Position numbers and translations under genes: made by a program
DNA from: Acidobacteriota bacterium
GTDB lineage: Bacteria; Acidobacteriota; CAIWXX01
DNA: 64,000 nucleotides
Assembly (NCBI GenBank): GCA_040755995.1
Contig: JBFMAF010000049.1
Span: forward strand, 157,519 to 221,518
Direction of reading: 5' to 3'
In this document: positions 45,595-61,820 of the stretch, one piece after another
Layout: each line of letters opens with the position of its first letter
Position numbering within the stretch: the stretch's first letter is position 1
Notes under the pieces: generated by a model
What the model was told of the DNA's origin: nothing
The model's database searches: none
What the model saw: only the letters and a program-made list of their open reading frames with translations

Positions 45595-46881
45595 TCACTT
45601 GAACTTGTACGAGAAGTTGACCGCGAAGAGGTGAGCGAAGCTGTTGTATGTTCCGTTGAATCCGTCGCGATTCGACCTCGTCGTACGCTCGCCGAAGAAG
45701 AGCGCCATGTATGCGAAGTCCACCGAGTACCTGTCGTCCGGGAAGGTGAAGCCTGCGCCAAGCTGGAACGACTGCCGATCGGAGTCCGGGAGTATCGGGT
45801 CGACGGACGGGTCCGGCACCGGGTTCTTGTCGAAGAGATAACCCCCGCGCAGCCGCCACTGCTCGTTGAGCACGTACTCGGTTCCGAGCCGGATGCTCCA
45901 GACGTTCGTATAGTCCCGCTCGATCGGGTTGTTCTGTATGGCCTCCGTGGGCCTTGTGGAGTGGTTCTCCAGCGTGAGAGCGATTCTGTCAACACTGCTC
46001 CACCCAGTCCACCAGAACGCGAAGTCCGCCTGCCAGCGCTCCATCCCGTGGTAGTTGAACCCCACGTTGAATTGCTGCGGCAAAACGATGGTGGTCGAGG
46101 CGCCGCCACCTGGGAACAACAGCTTCAACGGGTCGTCCACCGCCGGACCGTACCCGGTCGCAGGGACGTCGAAGGCGATGTCACCGTCGTACTTGACCGT
46201 GACCTTGCTGCGGTAGCTGGCGCCGAGCGTGATGTCGGGTGATGCATCGACGATGATACCCGCGTTGAACCCCAACGCGTCACCGCCGGCGTCCACCGAC
46301 ATGGTCACGTCCGGGAGCGGAATGCCGCCGAAGGCGGGTCTCAAGGGGGTGAGATCGATCTTCCGCTTCAGGCCGACCGTGCTGTGCACGTAGCTTATGC
46401 CGCCCGCCACACTTACCTGATCGTTGAGATTGTATGCAAGGACCGGATTGAAGTAGTAGGCCCGAAGATCGGCTTTGATCGAGACATACCGGCCCACCCA
46501 GTTCTCATTCCACTCGGTGGTGAGCCCGTACGGCACGTAGAATCCGAACCCGAAAGTGAACTGATCGCCGAGCTTCCGCGCATAGTAGCCGTTTGGAGGC
46601 AGGTACAGGTTGCTCTCGCCGTCCACCTCAGGCGAGCCCGACAGTCCGGTATACTTGAAGGACGGGCTGACCAGAGTGGCCCCGACAGACAGCTCATCGT
46701 AGGAAAGCTTCCCGATGCTCGCAGGGTTGTAGAAAAGCGCGGTGACCGAGTCCACTCGACCCAGGTACGCACCCGCGAGCGCCGTTGCGGCGGCGCTGTG
46801 CTCGTAGAAACCGAACCCCGATGCGTTCACCAGCGAACACGAAGCCAGTAGTGCTACACACGTCAGAGCGTATCGCTTCAT
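45595..46881 (-). CDS. OmpP1/FadL family outer-membrane transporter
   Basis: Signal peptide, ASGFGFYEHSA, ALFYNPA, PYGLTTEW, ILPDSDR, C-terminal YKF. Confidence 0.92.
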   Translation of the reverse strand: MKRYALTCVALLASCSLVNASGFGFYEHSAAATALAGAYLGRVDSVTALFYNPASIGKLSYDELSVGATLVSPSFKYTGLSGSPEVDGESNLYLPPNGYYARKLGDQFTFGFGFYVPYGLTTEWNENWVGRYVSIKADLRAYYFNPVLAYNLNDQVSVAGGISYVHSTVGLKRKIDLTPLRPAFGGIPLPDVTMSVDAGGDALGFNAGIIVDASPDITLGASYRSKVTVKYDGDIAFDVPATGYGPAVDDPLKLLFPGGGASTTIVLPQQFNVGFNYHGMERWQADFAFWWTGWSSVDRIALTLENHSTRPTEAIQNNPIERDYTNVWSIRLGTEYVLNEQWRLRGGYLFDKNPVPDPSVDPILPDSDRQSFQLGAGFTFPDDRYSVDFAYMALFFGERTTRSNRDGFNGTYNSFAHLFAVNFSYKFK

Positions 46882-47102
46882 ACCATCTCCTTTGCACGTG
46901 TGTACGATACCACACACGGCGGAGGACGACAACGAAACAACCCGTGGAATCCGGTCTTGCCCGGCCTCTAGGTCGCTCCCCAGCCAAAGGACGCCAGGCC
47001 GGCCGGACTGAATCCCACGAGCACCATCGTGCGTAATTATCAGCAGGATCGACGGAGCGCTACTCGATCGATCGCATCGAACGATCGGCATGGCGGCCAG
47101 CA

Positions 47103-47131
47103 TTGACAGCCCAATGTGGGCATGCTATAAG
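47103..47131 (+). promoter_or_regulatory. Sigma70-type promoter
   Basis: TTGACA - 17 nt - TATAAG, with extended -10 TG. Confidence 0.75.
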
Positions 47132-47159
47132 GAACAGAAGCACTTGGAGTCAGACATAC

Positions 47160-49157
47160 ATGGCTAAGCTGGAAAAGTTCGGATCATTTGTGCTCCTCGA
47201 AGAAGTCGGGTCGGATTGTGCGGGAAGAGTCTATCGTGCCGCGAAGGTCCGTTCGACCGGTCTGGAGAAGATCGTATACCTTACGAAGATCCATCCGTCG
47301 CTGGCACAGAACACTGCCCTCATGAAGAGCCTCATGGACGAACTGAAGGTTTGCGCTCAGGTCAGCAGCCCAAACATCGCGAAGGTATACGGTTGCGGCA
47401 AGCTCGAGGGCGCCTACTTCATTTCGTGGGAGTTCGTGGAAGGCAAGGACCTGGGAACTGTTTTCACGCGGAGCCTGGATGGGTTTCCGCTCGCCGTGGA
47501 CCAGAGCCTGTACATCTTGAGTCGCATACTCGGCGCGCTGGAGACCGCCCATGCGGCCAGAATCGAGGACAAGGGTGTTCTGCACGGCGCCCTCTCGCCT
47601 GTCGACGTGATCCTCACATACGAGGGCGACGTGAAGGTCAAGAACTTCAACTTCGCGCAGGTGCTGGTGCCACATCCGAACGAGCGCAAGGAGGCGCTCA
47701 AGCGCATCGAGACGTATCTGAGCCCTGAGGTCCAGGACGGCAAGCCGCCTGACAAGCGCAGCGACATCTACGCCCTCGGGTTGATACTCTACCGGATGCT
47801 CACCGGCGAGCCGTTCTTCACCGAGAGCAGGGAAATCGATGTCAAGCAGCGGCTCGAATCCTCCGTGCTCATGGCACCCTTCCAGGACGACGACAAGATA
47901 CCTGCTCCTCTGTCCGACATCATCGCGAGGTGCGTCAACCCCAATCCGGCGCACCGATTCCCGAGCGTCAAGGAATTCCGCCAGGCTATCGACGCCATAC
48001 TGCTCTCCGGCGACTTCACCCCGTCCACCTTCAACCTCGCCTTCTACATGCACACTGCTTTCAGATCGGAGATAGAGACGGAGAACAAGCAGATGCAGGA
48101 AGAGCAGGCAATGGACTTCCTGAAGTATGCGGTGCTGGAGCCGCCGCCGGCACCGGCACAGCCGCCGGCGAGACCTGCCGAGCCCGCGCCGGCAGTCCAG
48201 AAGGTTGCGGCGCCCGAGGCACCGAAGGTTGCCGCTCCCGCCGCGGCACAACCGGTGGCCGCGCGCCCGGCGCCGCCCGCCAGAGCCGCGGAAGTGCCGA
48301 TGCCCTCGCTGGGGTATGAGCAGCCCAAGAAGAGCCCGGTCGCCATCATCGCCGCCATTGTCGCCGTGGTGCTGCTCGGCGGAAGCCTCGGTGTGTACTT
48401 CGGCGTGATCAAGCCAAAGCAGCGGCGCGCTGCCGAACAGGCGGCCCTGCTGGCTGAGCAGAAGAAGATGGAGGGCCAGCGGAAGCGACTGCTGGAGCTG
48501 GAAGCGCAGATGAAAGCTTCCGAGGCGGAGAAGGAGAAATACCGGCAGGATTTGCAGGCGTTGCTCGACGCCGAGAAGCAGGCCAAGGACAAGGCCGACA
48601 AGGATGCCCAGGCTCGGATCCAGGCGGAGATTCAGAAGAGGCAGGAGGAGCAGAAACAGAAGGACGAGGCGGCGAAGAGGCAGGCTGAGGAAGCTGAGAA
48701 GATCAGACTGGATCAGGAGGCCAAGCAGCGGGAGGCCGAGGAAGCGGCGATAGCCGAGCAGAAGAAGGCGGCGGAAGAGGAAGAGCGGAAACGCAAAGAA
48801 GCCGAGGACGAAGCGAAGCGAAGGGCGGAACTGGCGGCGCAGGTACAGGAGGGGCAGCTCGTGTCCCTCGAGTCTGCGGACACAAAGCCCAAGATCGTGA
48901 AATCGAAGCAGCCGACCTACCCGCCGATGGCGTTGAAGATGGGAGTTGGCGGGACGGTGACCGTAAGCGTCCTCGTATCCGAAACGGGAGCTGTTGTGGA
49001 CGTGAAGCTCAAGAAGCCGAGCGGCTCCAAGTACGGTCTGGACGAGGCCGCGATGGATGCGGCCAGGAAGTACCAGTTCACCCCGGCCCTGAAGTCGGGC
49101 AAGCGGGTCAAGGTCTGGTACGACCTCCCGATTTTCCAGTTCACCCCGCCGAGGTAG
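47160..49157 (+). CDS. Ser/Thr pseudokinase - Pro/Ala linker - TM - coiled coil - TonB C-terminal domain
   Basis: Kinase fold with HGALSPVDV and NFN in place of HRDxKxxN and DFG; TM IIAAIVAVVLLGG; EKQA-rich coil; PTYPPMA..GTVTVSVLVSETG..LDEAAMDAARKYQFTPA. Confidence 0.88.
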   Translation: MAKLEKFGSFVLLEEVGSDCAGRVYRAAKVRSTGLEKIVYLTKIHPSLAQNTALMKSLMDELKVCAQVSSPNIAKVYGCGKLEGAYFISWEFVEGKDLGTVFTRSLDGFPLAVDQSLYILSRILGALETAHAARIEDKGVLHGALSPVDVILTYEGDVKVKNFNFAQVLVPHPNERKEALKRIETYLSPEVQDGKPPDKRSDIYALGLILYRMLTGEPFFTESREIDVKQRLESSVLMAPFQDDDKIPAPLSDIIARCVNPNPAHRFPSVKEFRQAIDAILLSGDFTPSTFNLAFYMHTAFRSEIETENKQMQEEQAMDFLKYAVLEPPPAPAQPPARPAEPAPAVQKVAAPEAPKVAAPAAAQPVAARPAPPARAAEVPMPSLGYEQPKKSPVAIIAAIVAVVLLGGSLGVYFGVIKPKQRRAAEQAALLAEQKKMEGQRKRLLELEAQMKASEAEKEKYRQDLQALLDAEKQAKDKADKDAQARIQAEIQKRQEEQKQKDEAAKRQAEEAEKIRLDQEAKQREAEEAAIAEQKKAAEEEERKRKEAEDEAKRRAELAAQVQEGQLVSLESADTKPKIVKSKQPTYPPMALKMGVGGTVTVSVLVSETGAVVDVKLKKPSGSKYGLDEAAMDAARKYQFTPALKSGKRVKVWYDLPIFQFTPPR

Positions 49158-49378
49158 CCGCCTCGGCGTGGCTACAAGGCGCGTTGGCGCCTGAAATCGC
49201 CTCGCGGGTAAGGCCACCATCTTCCACGAGGACAACCCGGTCTCCTCGGCGGCCGGTGAGACCTCTCGACGGGGGATCCGCTGGATCATGATTGGGCCCG
49301 GGGCCGGCGCGCGTTGAATCGCGCTGCCGTTTGGTGTTCAATTAGGGCACCGTGTACTACACATAGCGAGCGTTATTC

Positions 49379-54991
<5,613 letters not shown>

Positions 54992-55016
54992 GGAGGCGCG
55001 GTATCAGGGTGGCACT

Positions 55017-55058
55017 GTCCTCGTGCTCGTGAACGTGGACGCCGACGCGAACGTGAAC
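55017..55058 (+). repeat. GTNNAC-type hexamer array
   Basis: gtcctc gtgctc gtgaac gtggac gccgac gcgaac gtgaac. Confidence 0.75.
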
Positions 55059-55112
55059 GACTCATCCTGAGCTGCGCTGAAGTCCTCGATCACGACGCTT
55101 GTAGACGCTTGC

Positions 55113-55697
55113 TCAGGTCGTGTGCCTCATGATCGGCCGTGTCTCCGATCGTCGCGCGACCTCGACGAATCCAGCCTTGCGGTAGGCAGAGGGGAGGCCC
55201 GTGTAGGCGAAGACATCCGCCATGCGGCCCTTCTTCGGGTCAACCGGATATCCTTCGACGATCCTGGCCCCGTTGCTCTTCGCGAGCCGTACGGCGGCTC
55301 GAAGTAGCTCGACGGTAAGCCCCTTCCGCCGGTACGGCTTCTCGACGAAGAAACAGACGACTGACCATACTGCCTCGTCATCGATCCGCTTGAGCACGCG
55401 CGAATTCTCGAGCACCGGGAAGACCGATCGAGGCGCCACCGAACACCATCCGACGGGGCGCCCATCGGAGTACGCGAGGATCCCCGGGATCTCGCCCTTC
55501 TCGATGAGCCTCTTCATCGCGCGCCTGTTTCCGTCCCCCTTGCGCCGCTCGAACTCGCTCCTCTTCAGCCTCCAGTACATGCACCAGCATCCGCCGCAGG
55601 CTCCCCTTGATCCAAACAACTGCCGCATGTCGCGCCATCGATCGGCTGTGACAGGATGGAACTCCAGCCCACGGATCTCTGATTCTTCCGATGTCAT
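55113..55697 (-). CDS. GNAT family N-acetyltransferase
   Basis: ACGGCWCMYWR, VGWCSVAPR, CFFV..YRRKGL, VEGYP; SD ggaggt. Confidence 0.9.
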   Translation of the reverse strand: MTSEESEIRGLEFHPVTADRWRDMRQLFGSRGACGGCWCMYWRLKRSEFERRKGDGNRRAMKRLIEKGEIPGILAYSDGRPVGWCSVAPRSVFPVLENSRVLKRIDDEAVWSVVCFFVEKPYRRKGLTVELLRAAVRLAKSNGARIVEGYPVDPKKGRMADVFAYTGLPSAYRKAGFVEVARRSETRPIMRHTT

Positions 55698-55797
55698 ATC
55701 GCACCTCCGCCGTGCCTCTGCGCCTGTGTGGCATTCTACGCCAACAGCAGCGCTCTGATATACTGATCCTCTCGATCCAACGAAAGGAAGCAAGGAA

Positions 55798-57075
55798 TTG
55801 GCTCTCAACATGGACGAGATTCGCTCTCATTTCCCATCCCTCTCTTGCATCGAAGGCGTGCGTCCTCCTGTGTTCTTCGACAACCCGGGCGGGACTCAGG
55901 TGGTGCGCGAGGCAGTCGACGCGGTCGACGACTACTACCTGCGCCACAACGCGAACCACGGCGGTGTCTTCGCCACCAGCGTGCGATCCGATGCAATCCT
56001 GCATGAGGCGCACGCCGCCATGTGCGATTTTCTCGGAGCTGCATCGCCGGACGAGATCGTGTTCGGGCCGAACATGACGTCACTGGTGTTCAACGTGAGC
56101 CGCGCGATTGGGAGGACGCTTCGTGCCGGCGATGAGATTGTGGTGACCCGGCTGGACCATGATGCGAACATAGCGCCCTGGCTCGCGCTTCAGGATTGTG
56201 GAATACGAATCCGATGGGCCGACATCCACCCGGAAGACTGCTCGCTCGACATGGAGTCGCTAGAACGGGCCATCACTGATCGGACGAGGCTCGTCGCGCT
56301 TGGGCTCGCGTCCAACGCTGTCGGCACAGTCAGCGACGTGAAATCGGCGGTGAAGCTGGCCCGGGCGGCGGGCGCGATCGTGCACGTCGACGCAGTGCAC
56401 TATGCGCCTCACGGGCCGATCGATGTGCAGGATCTCGGTTGCGACCTGCTCTCATGCTCGGTCTACAAGTTCTTCGGCCCGCACGTCGGGGCGATGTACG
56501 GCCGCTACGATCTTCTTGACGACCTCCCGGCCTATAAGGTCCGTCCTGCCGGCGACAGGCCGCCGCACAAGTTCGAGACCGGTACGCAGAACCACGAGGG
56601 GATCGCCGGCACCCTGGGAGCTCTGCGATACCTGGAAGGGCTCGGCCGGGCGGTCGATGCCCGAGCGGCCTCTCGGCGCGAACGCCTGCGCGCCGCGATG
56701 AGCGCCATCAGGACTCACGAGCAGGGCCTGAGCCGGGCGCTGATCGAGAAGCTCTCGGGCATCGACGGACTGAGAATCTGGGGGATCACCGATCTCGGGC
56801 AGCTCGATCGCAGGGTGCCGACGGTATCGTTCACGATGGACGGCATGTCGCCTCGCGAGATCGCCGAGTACCTGGCGCGCGAGGGCATCTACGTATGGGA
56901 CGGCAACTACTATGCGCTGGCCGTCATGGAACGGCTGGGCCTGCAGGAGTCGGGCGGGATGGTGCGGGTCGGCGCCGTTCACTACAACAAGGTCGACGAA
57001 GTGGAGCGGCTCGTGGAGGCGCTGGGGCGTATGCCGAAGCGGTCGCGAAGTGCATCTTCCTTCACTGCTGGATGA
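55798..57075 (+). CDS. Cysteine desulfurase-like class V PLP enzyme (VC1184/Rv3778c-type)
   Basis: FFDNPGGTQV, RLDHDANIAPW, VDAVHYAPH, CSVYKFFGPH, FETGTQN, WDGNYYA. Confidence 0.9.
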   Translation: MALNMDEIRSHFPSLSCIEGVRPPVFFDNPGGTQVVREAVDAVDDYYLRHNANHGGVFATSVRSDAILHEAHAAMCDFLGAASPDEIVFGPNMTSLVFNVSRAIGRTLRAGDEIVVTRLDHDANIAPWLALQDCGIRIRWADIHPEDCSLDMESLERAITDRTRLVALGLASNAVGTVSDVKSAVKLARAAGAIVHVDAVHYAPHGPIDVQDLGCDLLSCSVYKFFGPHVGAMYGRYDLLDDLPAYKVRPAGDRPPHKFETGTQNHEGIAGTLGALRYLEGLGRAVDARAASRRERLRAAMSAIRTHEQGLSRALIEKLSGIDGLRIWGITDLGQLDRRVPTVSFTMDGMSPREIAEYLAREGIYVWDGNYYALAVMERLGLQESGGMVRVGAVHYNKVDEVERLVEALGRMPKRSRSASSFTAG

Positions 57076-57168
57076 AGCCGCTGCCGTGCGCCACGTACGC
57101 GGCGACGCGGTGAGGGGAAAAGCGGGAGAACAGGACAACCCCCTTCACCGGGTCCCCGTGTCCCATAT

Positions 57169-57597
57169 TCAGTGCGGGGGCGGTTCGGTGAACCGGGTTA
57201 CATCCTGGTAGTGTGTGATGGAGACATTGTCGCCATCGCAAGTGATCCCGATCATGTCGACTCGCATCGGGCGATCGGTCATTCTGCGCTCGCTGGCGTA
57301 GATTTCGCCGACGCGACAAATTCGCCGGAGTTTCGAGGGGTTCACTTTCTCCCAGGGCTCTCCGCCCGTCGTGCCCGATGTGCGGCTCTTCACTTCAACA
57401 AACACGAGGGTCTCGCCGTCCTCTGCGACGATGTCAACCTCGCCGAACTTGTTCCGATATCGCCGATCGAGAATCGTCATGCCGAGGTCGACCAGGCGCT
57501 CTGCGGCCAGATCCTCGCCCCGGCCGCCACGCGCTTCGTTGGTCGCGGCATCCGCAGGATCTGGGCCGCCTGCTGACCGATCCCTCTCGGACGGCAA
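57169..57597 (-). CDS. yraN: YraN family (UPF0102) endonuclease-like protein
   Basis: GGRGEDLAA, YRNKFGEVDIVA, VFVEVKSR, MRVD. Start approximate. Confidence 0.9.
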   Translation of the reverse strand: MPSERDRSAGGPDPADAATNEARGGRGEDLAAERLVDLGMTILDRRYRNKFGEVDIVAEDGETLVFVEVKSRTSGTTGGEPWEKVNPSKLRRICRVGEIYASERRMTDRPMRVDMIGITCDGDNVSITHYQDVTRFTEPPPH

Positions 57598-57599
57598 TG

Positions 57600-58943
57600 C
57601 TATCGCCCGACGTGGTGCTTCTTCTCCACCTCGGCCAGCGCCTCCTCGAACAGCGTGAGTGCGCGAGTCGCTTCCTCCTTGTTCACCACGAGAGGCGGGC
57701 AGAAGCGGAGCGAGTTCTCGCCGCAGCCGAGCACCAGAAGCCCGCGCTTGAAGCAGGCCTGCACGATCTCCCCGCGCTCCTTCTTCGCCCTCTCCTTCGT
57801 CGTGCGGTTCCTCACGAACTCGACGCCGATCATGAGCCCCTTGCCACGCACGTCTCCGATGAGCAGGTGCGTCTTCTCCATCTCGCGCAGGCGCTCCATC
57901 ATGAACTCGCCGACAACCGTCGCGTTCCTCATCAGGCGCTCCGTGAGGAGCTTGATGGTCTCGACCGCCGCGGTGCAGCTGACCGGATTGCCGCCGAACG
58001 TGGATGCATGTGCGCCCGGCTCCCAGTGCATGATCTTGGCCGGGGCGACGATGACACCCAGCGGCAGACCGGACGCGATGCCCTTGGCCAGCGCGATGAT
58101 GTCCGGCTCGACTCCGTAGTGCTCGATCGCGAACATCTTGCCGGTGCGCCCCATGCCCGATTGGACTTCGTCGGCAACGTATAAGATGTTGTTCTCCTCG
58201 GCGAGCTTCTTCAACTCCTTGTGGAACTTCTGCGGCGGCACCACATAACCGCCTTCTCCCTGGATCGGCTCGACGAAGATCGCCGCGACTTCCTCTGCCG
58301 GCACCATCTTCGTGAACAGGGCCTCGCGGATGAACTTCACGCATTCGACGTCGCAGGTCTCCGGCTTCTGGCCGTAGACGCAGCGATAGCAATAGGCGTA
58401 GGGCACGTGGTGCACGCCGGGTACGAGCGGGTAGTAAGATCGCTTCTGGATCACCTTGCTCGCCGTCAGCGACAGGGCTCCGAACGTCCGCCCATGAAAT
58501 GCTCCGAAAAAGGCGATGAATCGTGTGCGGCGCGTGAAGAAGCGGGAGAGCTTCATCGCGGCCTCGATGGCCTCGGCCCCCGAGTTGCCGAAGAAAACCT
58601 TCTTCTGGAGCTTGCCGGGAGCGAGATTCGCCAGCATCTCGGCCAGCTCCGCCTGCGGCCGGTAGTAGAAGTCCGTTCCCGACATGTGCAGGAGCTGCGA
58701 CGCCTGGCGCTTGATCGCCCTCACAACTCGAGGATGGCAATGCCCGGTCGAGGTGACGGCAATTCCGGCGGCGAAGTCCAGGAAGACGTTGCCGTCGGGA
58801 TCCTCGACGAGAGCCCCCTTGCCCTTGTGCGCAACCAGCGGATAGTCGCGCGTGTAGGATGACGAGACATACTTCTGATCCCAGTTGATGATCTCTTTGG
58901 CCTTGGGGCCCGGCAGCCTGGTCTTTATCATTGGATAGTTCAT
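57600..58943 (-). CDS. Class III PLP aminotransferase (acetylornithine/4-aminobutyrate family)
   Basis: DFAAGIAV, NSGAEAIEAAMK, FHGRT, EPIQGEGG, DEVQSGMGRTG, AKGIASG. Confidence 0.93.
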   Translation of the reverse strand: MNYPMIKTRLPGPKAKEIINWDQKYVSSSYTRDYPLVAHKGKGALVEDPDGNVFLDFAAGIAVTSTGHCHPRVVRAIKRQASQLLHMSGTDFYYRPQAELAEMLANLAPGKLQKKVFFGNSGAEAIEAAMKLSRFFTRRTRFIAFFGAFHGRTFGALSLTASKVIQKRSYYPLVPGVHHVPYAYCYRCVYGQKPETCDVECVKFIREALFTKMVPAEEVAAIFVEPIQGEGGYVVPPQKFHKELKKLAEENNILYVADEVQSGMGRTGKMFAIEHYGVEPDIIALAKGIASGLPLGVIVAPAKIMHWEPGAHASTFGGNPVSCTAAVETIKLLTERLMRNATVVGEFMMERLREMEKTHLLIGDVRGKGLMIGVEFVRNRTTKERAKKERGEIVQACFKRGLLVLGCGENSLRFCPPLVVNKEEATRALTLFEEALAEVEKKHHVGR

Positions 58944-58963
58944 GGCGCTGTTCCTTGAATGCA

Positions 58964-58991
58964 TAGTTGACGGTTATCGGTTGTCAGTTGT
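58964..58991 (+). repeat. CRGTTGN heptamer array
   Basis: tagttga cggttat cggttgt cagttgt. Confidence 0.75.
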
Positions 58992-59113
58992 AGCCGGACG
59001 GGGCATAGCGACTCAGCCGTACTCGTTTCCGATGAGCAGAGCCAGAGAGAGCGGGAAGCCGCCCAGAGAAGGTACCCTCAGGGCAATCCGCGCTGCACAC
59101 CACATGTCGACCG

Positions 59114-60502
59114 CTAAGCCCGCTTGTATCGCGTCCCGCCGGGCGTGTCCTCGAGGATGATCCCCCGGCGCTGGAGGAGCGCGCGGATCTCGTCGGCCCG
59201 CTTCCAAAGCCGCTGTCTCCTGGCCTCGCGCCTCTCCTCGATCAGCCTCAACACCTCCGCGTCCTCGATCGCCCTGGGCGGCTCCAGCACGCCGAAGACG
59301 CCGTCGAAATCCGCGAAAAACGACTCGACCTGCTCGGCATCGTCCCGCGAGACGTCACCGGCGGCCAGCGCGATGTTTGCATCGTGAACGAGCTCGAAGA
59401 CGGCGCCGAGAGCTCCGGAGCTGTTGAGGTCCTGTGCGAGGGCGGTTGCGAACCGGGCGCGCGAAGCCGCGAGCGCTGAGGCGACGCGGCCGGAGCTCTT
59501 CTCTACATATGTAGTATTTTTCAAGGCCACAAGGAAATCGCGCAGCCGGCGCAGCGCGCTTTCGGCCGAATCGAGCCCGATCCGGCTGAAGTTGAGCATC
59601 TGGCGGTAGTGGACCGAGAGGAGCAGGTAGCGCAAGACCCTGGGGTTCACCCCTTGCGCCGCAAGATCGCGCAGGGTGAAAAAGTTACCCTTGGACTTCG
59701 CCATCTTCTCGCCTTCGACAACCAGGTGCTGGCAGTGCATCCAGCAGCGCACGAAGGGGCGGCCGGTCGCCGCCTCGCTCTGCGCGATCTCGTTTTCGTG
59801 ATGGGGGAAGATGTTGTCGACACCCCCGGTGTGGATGTCGAACGTCTCGCCCAGGTACTTCATGCTCATGGCGGAGCACTCGATGTGCCACCCCGGGCGG
59901 CCGCGGCCGATCTCCGTGTCCCAGAACGGCTCGCCTTCCTTCGCCGCCTTCCACAGCGCGAAGTCCTTCGGGCTCTCCTTCACGTACTCGTCGGCGTCGG
60001 CGCTGATCCCGTCCTTCAAGTCCGCCGGGTCGATGCCGGCAAGCCGCCCGTAGCGCTCGAAACTCTTGATGCGGAAGTAGATCGATCCGTCCTTCTCGTA
60101 GGCGTTCCCGTTCGCGATGAGGCGCTTGATGATTTCCACCATCTCCGGGATGTGGTCTGTCGCACGCGGGTAGTGCTCGGCACGATCTATCCCCAACGTG
60201 TCGAGATCCTCGAAGAACGCCTGCGTGTACTTCTGGGTGAACTCCTTGAGCGGCACGCCGGCCGCGCGGCTATCGCGGATGGTCTTGTCGTCGATGTCGG
60301 TGATGTTCATTACCTGCGTGACGCGGAATCCCGAGAACTTCAGGAACCGGCGCAGCAGGTCCTCGAATAGATATGCCCGGTAGTTACCGATGTGAGCGTA
60401 GTTGTACACCGTCGGGCCGCACGTGTACATGCGCACGTGCCCGGGCTCGATTGGGGAGAATTCTTCTTCTGTCCCCGTATATGTGTTGTAAAACCGTATC
60501 AT
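59114..60502 (-). CDS. cysS: Cysteinyl-tRNA synthetase
   Basis: CGPTVY..HIGN, GRPGWHIECSAM, FPHHENEIAQ, KMAKS. Confidence 0.97.
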   Translation of the reverse strand: MIRFYNTYTGTEEEFSPIEPGHVRMYTCGPTVYNYAHIGNYRAYLFEDLLRRFLKFSGFRVTQVMNITDIDDKTIRDSRAAGVPLKEFTQKYTQAFFEDLDTLGIDRAEHYPRATDHIPEMVEIIKRLIANGNAYEKDGSIYFRIKSFERYGRLAGIDPADLKDGISADADEYVKESPKDFALWKAAKEGEPFWDTEIGRGRPGWHIECSAMSMKYLGETFDIHTGGVDNIFPHHENEIAQSEAATGRPFVRCWMHCQHLVVEGEKMAKSKGNFFTLRDLAAQGVNPRVLRYLLLSVHYRQMLNFSRIGLDSAESALRRLRDFLVALKNTTYVEKSSGRVASALAASRARFATALAQDLNSSGALGAVFELVHDANIALAAGDVSRDDAEQVESFFADFDGVFGVLEPPRAIEDAEVLRLIEERREARRQRLWKRADEIRALLQRRGIILEDTPGGTRYKRA

Positions 60503-60526
60503 AAGCTCCCTATTCTACCACTGAAC

Positions 60527-60554
60527 CAGTTGTCAGTTGACAGTTGTCGGTCGA
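60527..60554 (+). repeat. CRGTTGN heptamer array
   Basis: cagttgt cagttga cagttgt cggtcga. Confidence 0.8.
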
Positions 60555-60593
60555 CGGAGTCGACAGTCGGGCGGGGAGCCCCGGAGGCCGGCA

Positions 60594-61790
60594 CTAACCC
60601 GCGCTCGACGGGCGCCTCGCCTTCGCGATCTCGTACAAGGGTGAGCTGGCGCGGAGGCGCTTCACCTGCTCTATCACCTTCTCGGCCACCCAGTCGACCT
60701 CTTCCTCGGTGTTGAACCGCCCGAGTCCGAAGCGGATTGCGCTGTGCGCGAGCTGATCCGGGGCGTTCATGGCTTTGAGCACGTAAGAGGGTTCGGGGGT
60801 AGCGGATGTGCATGCGGATCCTGACGAAAGCGCGACGTCACGAAGCGCGAGCAGCAACGCTTCGCCCTCCACATACGCGAATGACAGGTTGAGGTTCCCC
60901 GGCAGGCGTTCGGTCGGGTGCCCATTCAGATGAACATCGTCGAGCTCCGCGAGGATCCGCTCCTTCAGTCTCTCGCGATACCGGGTGAGCCTGGCGGCCT
61001 CGGGCTCCATCTCTGCGGCTGCGATCTCACACGCCCTGCCGACGCCGACGATGCCGGGCACATTCAGCGTGCCGCTCCGCAGCCCCTCCTCCTGGCCTCC
61101 TCCTTCAAGCAGCGGTGCGAGCCGCACGGGCAGGTCGCGCCGCACATAGATGAACCCGGCACCCTTCGGCGCGTACAGCTTGTGCGCCGAAAAGGAGAGG
61201 AGATCTATGTTCATCTCGACGACGTCGATTGGCACCTTGCCGACGGCCTGGGCGGCGTCGGTGTGGAAAAGGACGCCGTGCTCCCGAGCAATCCGGCCGA
61301 TTTCTGCCAGACGCTGAAGAACGCCGACCTCGTTGTTGGCCGCCATGACGGAAATGAGGATCGTGCCGGGCCGGATGGCGCTCCGGAGGCGGTCCAGATC
61401 GAGGCGGCCGTCGGTCATCACAGGCAGGAAGGTGACCTCAGAGCCGAGGCGCTGCAGGCGTTTGCAGGGGTCGAGAACCGCGTGGTGTTCGGTCAGGACG
61501 GTGATGATGTGGTTGCCCTTCTCGCGGTATGCTTCGGCCACGCCGCGGATTGCGAGATTGTCGCTCTCGGTCGCTCCGCTCGTGAACACGATCTCCCTGG
61601 AGCGGGCGTTCAGCAGCCGGGCCGTCGCCTCGCGCGCCTTCTCGACTGCGGCCTCGGCCACCCACCCGAACGAGTGGCTGCGGCTGGCGGCGTTGCCGAA
61701 TTTTTCGGTGAAGTAGGGCAGCATGGCATCGAGCACGCGCGGATCGACCGGTGTGGTGGCATGGTTGTCCATGTAGATCGGCAGCCTCAT
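60594..61790 (-). CDS. iscS: Cysteine desulfurase IscS
   Basis: [37 protein letters not shown]. Confidence 0.96.
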   Translation of the reverse strand: MRLPIYMDNHATTPVDPRVLDAMLPYFTEKFGNAASRSHSFGWVAEAAVEKAREATARLLNARSREIVFTSGATESDNLAIRGVAEAYREKGNHIITVLTEHHAVLDPCKRLQRLGSEVTFLPVMTDGRLDLDRLRSAIRPGTILISVMAANNEVGVLQRLAEIGRIAREHGVLFHTDAAQAVGKVPIDVVEMNIDLLSFSAHKLYAPKGAGFIYVRRDLPVRLAPLLEGGGQEEGLRSGTLNVPGIVGVGRACEIAAAEMEPEAARLTRYRERLKERILAELDDVHLNGHPTERLPGNLNLSFAYVEGEALLLALRDVALSSGSACTSATPEPSYVLKAMNAPDQLAHSAIRFGLGRFNTEEEVDWVAEKVIEQVKRLRASSPLYEIAKARRPSSAG

Positions 61791-61820
61791 CGTTCCCTCC
61801 CCGCCTCCGGCCGCGCGCCT

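Noticed and set aside
57169..58740. 523-aa ORF suggesting a long YraN fusion
   Set aside because: The upstream part is an off-frame overlap of the aminotransferase; only about 57169-57597 is YraN-like.
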